In this document: positions 55,697 to 64,000 of the stretch, piece by piece
Position numbering within the stretch: position 1 is the stretch's first letter
How the letters are laid out: each line of letters opens with the position of its first letter
Origin: Scyliorhinus canicula
Taxonomy: Eukaryota
Reading direction: 5' to 3'
DNA: 64,000 nucleotides
NCBI RefSeq assembly: GCF_902713615.1
Contig: NC_052168.1
Span: 186,001 to 250,000 of the forward strand
Program-made: the position numbers and the translations under genes
The notes under the pieces: model-generated
Told to the model about the DNA's origin: nothing
Seen by the model: the letters and a program-made list of their open reading frames with translations, nothing else
The model's database searches: none

Positions 55697-57356
55697 CTTC
55701 CCTGAAAAGACACCATAAACTTGTAAGTTTTATATTTTCAACAGTCATCTTATGGAAACACCAAATTGCACATGACGGTTTGATTGAAATTGAGGACTTG
55801 ATCAATTGGGTGTAGAATAGGGTAAATGTGAATTGTATTCATTGAAAGTGGCGATCAAAAGGACAAATTAATTGGACAATTTGGAGGGATATAGGGAAAG
55901 ATCAGGTGAGTGGGATGAATTGGATAGCTAACATAGACACAATGGGCGGAATGATTCTATTATCTGAACAAAACCAATGTGAGTTAACACAGGATCACTC
56001 ATCTTTTGATCTCATTGCAGCCTTTGTCTAAAACTGGACAAAAGAGTTTAATTCAAGAGGTGAAGTGAGAGTGACTGCCCTTCGCAACAAGACAACATTT
56101 GACCGGGTTGTCATCAAGGTTCCCACCAACCAAGCTCTGCTGTTTGGAGTTAAACATATCACAAATAAAGGTGGTAATGGTTGTTGGAGGCCAATCATCT
56201 CCATCCCAGAATATTCCTGTAGGTCCCAACCAGCCGACTCATCAATCACTTTCCCTCATCATAAGGACAGAAGTGGAGATGATTACTGATGATCGTTGTG
56301 TTCCGTCCCATTTGTGACTGACATGCAGTGTGTATAAAACACACCTTGGCTCCTTCTGCAGCACCTACCAAACTCTCCACCTCTGCCTGTTGGAAGGACA
56401 ATAGCAGCAGATCCATGGGACACCACTTTGCAGATTCCCCCCCCCCCCCCATGGCCAGGGTAATCTATCCCCCCCCCCCCCCCCCCCCCCCCCACCCCCA
56501 TACACTCACCACCGACTGTAATTTCCTTCACTGTTGCTGGGTAAACATCCTACAGCTTCCTCCCAAACAGCAACGTCAATGCAACAGTTCAAGAAGGCAG
56601 CTCATCACCACCTTTCCACGGGTAACTTGGAATGGGCAGTGAATTGTTATCTCACCAACAATGCTCTCACCTTGTGTAAGAATTTTTTTTAATTGCTAGA
56701 CAAAAACTGAAATCCATCCAACTCACCTTTGACCATCCTGATAGTCACATGATGCAACATTACTGACAAATTGTCAACTAATCAATTTCTACAAATCAGT
56801 CTAAAACAGGCCCAGGTACGTTCTGGTAGAAAACTTTAGGAACTAAATATTCAGCTCTGTAATGCCAGCTTCAGCCAGGTGGGGGCAGAATTTCCCGCCA
56901 CTTCTGATGCAGCCTGGGTGGTACCCCAAGTTTAAAAGGATGACAGTGAGATGTCATCCATTCATTCACTGGAAAGGGGGCAGATGTGATGTAAAAAAGC
57001 CGCCAGGCTGATTTGACACATGTTTGATTATTTGAACCAAGTCAGGACAGTTAATGACCCCATTAATCACTCACAGCTGTGTGATATACAGCTATGCCAG
57101 ACCCCTGGCCCACTCTGCGTTAAGGTTGTTTTGACCGCTCAGGCCCTGGGAAGAATGTCAGTGAGTGTGTTTGCCATGGATTAAAGTTGGAGGTCAGTGG
57201 AGGCCGTGAGAGGTGGGTCGGAAGCTGGTATCATTAATCAGTGCAGGAAGGTGAGATGGAAGATCTGAATCTTAGGCCAGCTGCTGGGGTTCTGCTGGTG
57301 AGTGATTTGAGTGCAGCACAGCAAACATTGTGAGGGGCTGCACTGAGCTCATCCCA

Positions 57357-58988
57357 CTGGGGGGGGGGATAGATTACCCTGGCCATGGGCGGGGGGGGGG
57401 ATAGATTACCCTGGCCATGGGGGGGGGATAGATTACCCTGGCCATGGGGGGGGGGGGATAGATTACCCTGGCCATGGGGAGGGGGGGGGATAGATTACCC
57501 TGGCCATGGGGGGGGGGGGATAGATTACCCTGGCCATGGGGGGGGGGGATAGATTACCCTGGCCATGGGGAGGGGGGGGGATAGATTTCCCTGGCCATGG
57601 GGGGGGGGGGGGAATAGATTACCCTGGCCATGGGGGGGGGGGGGGGATAGATTACCCTGGCCATGGGCGGGGGGGGGATAGATTACCCTGGCCATGGGGA
57701 GGGGGGGGGGGATAGATTTCCCTGGCCATGGGGGGGGGGGGGGGGGGAATAGATTACCCTGGCCATGGGGGGGGGGGGGGGATAGATTACCCTGGCCATG
57801 GGGGGGGGGGTAGATTACCCTGGCCATTGTGGGGGGGGGATAGATTACCCTGGCCATGGGGGGGGGGGGGATAGATTACCCTGGCCATGGGGGGGGGGTG
57901 GGGGGGATCGATTACCCTGGCCATGGGGGGGGGGATAGATTACCCTGGCCATGGGGGGGGGGGGGGGGGGGGGGATCGATTACCCTGGCCATGGGGGGGG
58001 GATAGATTACCCTGGCCATGGGGGGGGGGGGGGGGAGATAGATTACCCTGGTCATGGGGGGGAGATAGATTACCCTGGCCATGGGGGGGAGATAGATTAC
58101 CCTGGCCATGGGAGGGGGGGGGGGGGGATAGATTACCCTGGCCATGGGGGGGGGAGAGATTACCCTGGCCATGGGGGGGGGGGGGGGTAGATTACCCTGG
58201 CCATGGGGGGGAGATAGATTACCCTGGCCATGGGGGGGGGGGGGGGATAGATTACCCTGGCCATGGGCGGGGGGGTGGGATAGATTACCCTGGCCATGGG
58301 GGGGGGGGGGGATAGATTACCCTGGCCATGGGGAGGGGGGGGGGGGATAGATTTCCCTGGCCATGGGGGGGGGGGGGGGGAATAGATTACCCTGGCCATG
58401 GGGGGGGGGGGGGGATAGATTACCCTGGCCATGGGGGGGGGGGGGTAGATTACCCTGGCCATTGCGGGGGGGGGATAGATTACCCTGGCCATGGGGGGGG
58501 GGGGGGGGGGATAGATTACCCTGGCCATGGGGGGGGGGGGGGGGGGATCGATTACCCTGGCCATGGGGGGGGGATAGATTACCCTGGCCATGGGGGGGGG
58601 GGGTGGGGGGGATCGATTACCCTGGCCATGGGGGGGGGATAGATTACCCTGGCCATGGGGGGGGGGGGGGGAGATAGATTACCCTGGTCATGGGGGGGAG
58701 ATAGATTACCCTGGCCATGGGGGGGAGATAGATTACCCTGGCCATGGGAGGGGGGGGGGGGGATAGATTACCCTGGCCATGGGGGGAGATAGATTACCCT
58801 GGCCATGGGGGGGGGGGGGGGATAGATTACCCTGGCCATGGGGGGGAGATAGATTACCCTGGCCATGGGGGGTGGGGGTAGATAGATTACCCTGGCCATG
58901 GGGGGGGGGGGATAGATTACCCTGGCCATGGGGGGGGGGGGGGGGGGGATAGATTACCCCGGCCATGGGCGGGGGGGGGGGGGATAGA
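57357..58988. repeat. Minisatellite with constant core atagattaccctggccat and variable poly-G linkers (roughly 55 units)
   Basis: Directly visible; a single inverted unit lies at ~56436-56492. Confidence 0.93.
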
Positions 58989-59104
58989 CTTTAGGGTGAA
59001 CCTCAGTTATGCACTAACCCTCCCAACCCACCCTGGCAGTCCATGCTTTGCACGAAAGCCTAACCAGTCAATTTCCCGCTGTGGGGGTTGATACATAACA
59101 GTGA

Positions 59105-59299
59105 ACATAAGAACATAAGAACTAGGACCAGGAGTCGGCCATCTGGCCCCTCGAGCCTGCTCCGCCATTCAATGAGATCATGGCTGATCTTTTGTGGACT
59201 CAGCTCCACTTTCCGGCCCGAACACCATAACCCTTAATCCCTTTATTCTTCAAAAAACTATCTATCTTTACCTTAAAAACATTTAATGAAGGAGCCTCA
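59105..59299 (-). mobile_element. Young 5'-truncated CR1 3' end
   Basis: Nearly identical to 8733-8927 and 53076-53250. Confidence 0.9.
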
Positions 59300-59565
59300 T
59301 TAGACTCATTCGGGGTGAATTAAACTTCCAGCCTGTTAATCAAATTGAAATGGATGCACGGGGCAGGGAGCACACTAATCCCGACAGGGGGTCGGAGCAT
59401 CAGAACTGTATCGTAACCATTCTTCGTGCAATCAGGAATTCTGATCAGGAATTCCTGTCAGTGACAAGCAGGAGAATCCAGCCCACAATAAGAATATTAC
59501 ACCATAAGACATAGGATCAGAATGAGGCCACTTGGCCCATCGAGTCTGCTCCACCATTCAATCAT

Positions 59566-59775
59566 GGCAGCAGGGTAGCATGGTGGTTAGCATAAATGCT
59601 TCACAGCTCCAGGGTCCCAGGTTGGATTCCCCGCTGGGTGACTGTCTGTGCGGAGTCTGCATGTTCTCCCTGTGTCTGCGTGGGTTTCCTCCGGGTGCTC
59701 CGGTTCCCTCCCAGAGTCCAAAGACGTGCAGGTCAGGTGGATTGGCCAGGCTAAATTGCCCTTAGTGTCCAAAAA
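59566..59775 (+). mobile_element. V-SINE copy
   Basis: Head and V-domain. Confidence 0.88.
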
Positions 59776-60026
59776 GGTTTGCCAGTGTTTCCTGGCAAAT
59801 AACACACACCTGAACTTTGAACCCTGATTTTCAGAGGCACAATTAATAAACCCACAGCTCAAGTGATCATCTTTATGCTGTTTTGTTCCTGTTTTTAGCT
59901 TCTTTCATGGGTTGTTCACCAGAAACCCTGGAGCTCACACCAGCACTGCTGGCAACAACAAAGTGGAGGAATCTCTCTTGCGCCCAGAACGTGTGACATC
60001 AGTATACAGGGCATGTGACCCGCTCT

Positions 60027-60057
<31 letters not shown>

Positions 60058-61129
60058 ACCCCCGCTTCCAATGGGAATGTTCCATTGTTTGCTTCAAAAA
60101 AACTGGCCCAGGAAAGTGCGGGATGGTCGGCATCACGGCCGTTGGGCATCCCTCCCGTGATCGGGAATGTCGTGACCGAGTGCTGCGACCCTCCCAAAAC
60201 CTGTCCGTGACCCACCCGCGGGACGCGACCCTAAGTTTGAAATTCCCTGCACTAATTTCCCTTAGGGAAGGAAGTGTGCCATCTTTACCCAGTGTGGCCG
60301 ACAGAGAATGTGGTTGATTCTGAAATGGCCAAGCTGTGTTCAAGGGCAATTAGGAATGGGCAATAAGTGCTGGTTTTTGCCAGGGATCGTCAATCACATG
60401 AAAGAAACATTTAAAAAATACATTTCCTGACAAATTATTGTTTATTTGGATGATCATCAGTAAAAATTGTTGCAAAAGTGTTTCTTGCAAAATGAAATTG
60501 TTCTGTTCTATCACATTGCCTCAAACATTACCCTTTTCAACAACAGGCAGGGACCAAACACATCAAATACATCAAAGACAAATGGATTTTGAAATTGCAT
60601 TGGGGGTGGGAAGGTTAAACATTGCCCTTTATAAAGGTCCCATACTGATCATGGAACTGTCTGTCTTAGACAGACAGCCTCACTCTCTCCTCACAATGTC
60701 CTTTCCCCAAATCTTTATTTTCATTCTCCCGTCTCCTGAGTTTGCTTCTGTCCAGCGCTAAATATAAGAGAACAAAAACACAAAATGTGGATTTTATTAT
60801 TAGATATAAAAGTGGCAATTACACATGAGAAAAAATAAATCTGAAATCAGACAAGACAAGATTCTGCTAACTTATTAAAAATAATGACAGTTTAAAAAAT
60901 CTTGGTGGATTTGAGGAACTGATATAGAATCAAAGGGGCTTTAACGATTTAAAACAAATTAAGAATAAAACATTGAGAAAGAAAAGACAAAATGCAAAAG
61001 GAGAGTTTGGGAAAACGAAGCAGATGCTCTGAGGTCAGTGGTTAATTTAGTTTATTACATAGAGGGTGGGATCGTCCCCTTTGCTGGCTGTGGAGGCGCC
61101 CACAACATTGGCTGGCTGCCGAGATGGAG

Positions 61130-62040
61130 GTCGGGATTCTCCGAAAATGGGGCTATGTCCCCACACCTGCCGGAGCGCAAATCACTCCAGACTTTTTTCA
61201 AAAAGTCCGGAGTGATTCTCCAGTTTCAAGAGGGATAGCAGGGCCCCGGCATGGCCCTGTAGTTCCTGCCGCTGATAGGGGGCCCTGCTCATCCGGTCAC
61301 GGGTGTGCGCGGCGGCCGATTTCGCGCCGGCCCCTGTGCAACATGGTGGAGCCACACAGCGGGCCAGTGCGGAAGCCCCCGATCGCGGGCCTGGCCATCA
61401 TGGATGCCCACCCCCCAGAGTTCAAGCTCCCGCCAGGTGGATCCAGGTTGGAACCCCGCCGCAGAAGTCGGCAGGAACTCGGCCGGTCGATCGCGGAGAA
61501 TCGCCGCGGAGGCCTCTTTCAGCGGCCCCCGACCGGCGGTGCATCGACCATACGCACGCGGCTGGTGGTGATCCTCTGGTCCGCGGAGAATCCCGTCCCG
61601 GAGTCAGAACCAATCGCAGGTTTGAGACCCCATTCTCCACCCCGCACCCTGAGTGCGATGTCGGTGCAGAGAGTCGGACAATCCCAGCCGGAGAATCCCA
61701 CTGCCAGTGGGGGCGAGCCGTGCTGGAATACGGGAGCAGCGGGCCGGAGAATCCCACTGCCAGTGGGAGCGAGCCGTGCCGGAATACGGGAGCAGCGGGC
61801 CGGAGAATCCCACTGCCAGTGGGAGCGAGCCGTGCTGGAATACGGGAGCAGCGGGCCGGAGAATCCCACTGCCAGTGGGAGCGAGCCGTGCCGGAATACG
61901 GGAGCAGCGGGCCGGAGAATCCCACTGCCAGTGGGAGCGAGCCGTGCCGGAATACGGGAGCAGCGGGCCGGAGAATCCCACTGCCAGTGGGGGCGAGCCG
62001 TGCCGGAATACGGGAGCAGCGGGCCGGAGAATCCAGCCCG
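61130..62040. mobile_element. GC-rich MITE-family sequence followed by a 56-bp tandem repeat (61686-62038, ~6 copies)
   Basis: gggattctcc..ggagaatccc termini; each repeat unit carries ggagaatccc. Confidence 0.72.
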
Positions 62041-62142
62041 CAATCTTTTGTTCGATTTCACCTTATATCCAAGTGATGTTAATCATGTTTGTCTATGAAA
62101 TTCTCACCGTGACTCATTGCCCCACTGTCTCCAGATAGTCCA

Positions 62143-62782
62143 GGGGCGGGATTCTCCGAGCTCGCGCCGGGCCGGAGAATCTCCCTGGGGGGGCCGCACG
62201 AATCCCGCCATGTCGCTCCGGGACCTGATTCTCCGGAGAGCGAAGAATCGCGCCATTGCGACGGCACGGTTGGCATGGCGGCGGTCGGGGGCCACTGTAT
62301 GCGTCCCCCCGGCGATTCTCGGCCCGGGACGTACAAAAAAACCCGAGTCCCACCAGCGCCGTTCTAACCTGGTCTTACCCGGTGGGACCTCAGCGTGGAC
62401 GGATCCGGGGGCGGCCTGGAGGGGGGGAGGGGGGGGTTCCGACCCCAGGGGGAGCCTCCACTATGGCCTAGTCCGCAATCGGGGCCAACTGATCGATGGG
62501 CCAGCCTCTCAGGGCTGGGGGCCTCCTTTATTCCGCAGAAGCCCCTGTAGCCCTGCGCCATGTTGCATCAGGGCCGACGCGGAGTAGGAAGACACCGCGC
62601 CTGCCCACATCGCCGCCGTCCCACTACGCATGCGCAGACCCGCCACGCCCATCTGACGTCAGGATCGGCAGCTGGAGCGGTGTGGGTCACTCCAGTACCG
62701 TGCTGACTCCCTGTTGGGGCCAGAATTGCTGCTCCTGAGGCCATGTTGACGGCACCGGGAAACACGATGACATTTACGACAG
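62143..62782. mobile_element. GC-rich MITE-family element, interrupted on the right by the Gypsy LTR
   Basis: Left TIR gggcgggattctcc. Confidence 0.7.
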
Positions 62783-64000
62783 TGTAGTAATCCACGGGAG
62801 GCAGGAGTTCCGTCACCACACCAATATTTATTTACAATAACGATATTACAGGAGCAGCTACAAACAGTGCTGCTAGCAGTCCAGTCAACTTAAGGCTGGC
62901 TCACAAAGCCTACACAGGTGCTTATATGGCCCCCCTCAATGAGCTATCATTGAGGGAGCTCATACTCCAATTGGCCAACCAATAAAGCCAATTGGAGTTC
63001 ATTCCTCTGAGCTTCTTCCTGCTCCTCATGTCTGGGTCTGTCACCTCTGTGTCGTCCGCCGGGTCGTTCTCCGAAGTGGGCGGGGAGTACCTTAAGGGTG
63101 CCCGTCTTTTCCTTGACGACCTCTTTGGAAGTTGTTCTTCCTCCTCCTCGGGGAGAGGTGTCGCGGCGGCCTCGTCGAACGTGTCCATCTCCGACTCTGA
63201 TGACTGGATGACGGGGTCTGGAGAAATTGCTCGGGGCTGGGGTGTGGGTATCCTTTCCGTCCGGGATATCCCAGCTTGAGGCGGTCTTGCTTCGCCTCCC
63301 TCCAGGTGTGGTTCCGCTGCCCTTATTTGGTCTAGGTGTTTCTTGGGACCTGTTTGGGGCTCTACCGTGCCTTTGACCCACGTTGGTCCATTCCCATAAT
63401 TCTTGACCCAAATCGGTGCCCCCACCTGGAAATGTCTCTGCTGCCGACTATTATCATGCCCCCTGCGTTGAGCCTCCTGATGTTTCTCCACTTTCCCCGT
63501 TAAATTTGGGAAAAGGAGACTCAGCCTCGTTCACAGCTGCCTTCCCATTAAGAGTTCAGCTGGCGGTATGCCCGTTGTGGAATGCGGTCCTGTAATCAAA
63601 CAGCCAGCGGGAGAGCTTTGTGTCTATTGACGCTGTCGGCTGCTTCTTGAGTCCCGCTTTAAGTGTCTGGACCGCTCTCTCTGCCAGGCCGTTGGTCGCT
63701 GGATGGTAAGGGGCTGTTTTGATGTGACGGACTCCGTTTTCCTTCAGGAATTTTCCAAATTCCCCACTTGTGAATGCCGTTCCGTTGTCCGACACCAATA
63801 CCTCCGGAAGTCCATGTGTTGCAAACGAGGCCCTGAGCTTTTCAATTGTCGAAGCTGTGCTTGCCGTGTTTACCCGGTGGACGTCCAACCATTTGGAGTG
63901 GGCGCCTACTATCACCAAAAACATTGAGCCCATGAAAGGGCCGGCGTGGTCAATATGCAGGCGGGTCCACGGTCTGCCTGGCCATTCCCACGGGTGCAAT
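62783..64000 (-). mobile_element. Second Gypsy element: integrase core, C-terminal tail and partial 3' LTR (~62783-63003); runs off window end
   Basis: PWTRLHIDHAGP, SDNG, YHPATNGLAERAVQT; LTR end ..ctaca and minus-strand AATAAA at ~62827. Confidence 0.9.

Noticed and set aside
56000-56460. Terminal KASH5/CCDC155 exon expected tail-to-tail with PTH2 from human synteny
   Set aside because: No TM plus PPPx-stop motif found in the minus frames examined
57357-58988. CRISPR-like array
   Set aside because: Spacers are poly-G rather than unique sequence; eukaryotic context; no cas genes
61124-62098. 324-aa ORF as a transposase
   Set aside because: GC-rich MITE plus 56-bp repeat; no DDE or other recognisable motif

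Overview
Eukaryotic, repeat-dense vertebrate genomic DNA. It is most likely from a shark or other cartilaginous fish, inferred from the V-SINE/HE1-type SINEs, CR1 LINE tails and protein similarities. Three host genes can be reconstructed by hand from splice sites, and the ORF track shows them only in part. (1) The 5' coding exons of a glycogen synthase (minus strand, 3013-3404) with an atypical N-terminus. (2) A complete 5-exon, 203-aa uroplakin-2/3-family gene (minus, 20813-24633) that uses a GC-AG intron and combines UPK3-like and UPK2-like features. (3) A complete PTH2/TIP39 gene (plus; TATA 46212, non-coding exon ~46242-46311, coding exons 52232-52332 and 55152-55617) encoding a 188-aa precursor with a 38-aa mature peptide and a possible second 49-aa peptide. 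The rest is mobile and repetitive DNA: a full-length degenerate Gypsy element whose primer site is complementary to its own LTR instead of a tRNA, a solo LTR, many CR1 and L1 fragments, SINEs, GC-rich MITEs with 3-bp TSDs, and many mini/microsatellites, including a 5.4-kb hexamer array and a fold-back array born from a CR1 endonuclease motif. Most long ORFs in the track are artefacts of stop-free repeats. All family assignments come from remembered motifs; no database search was run.
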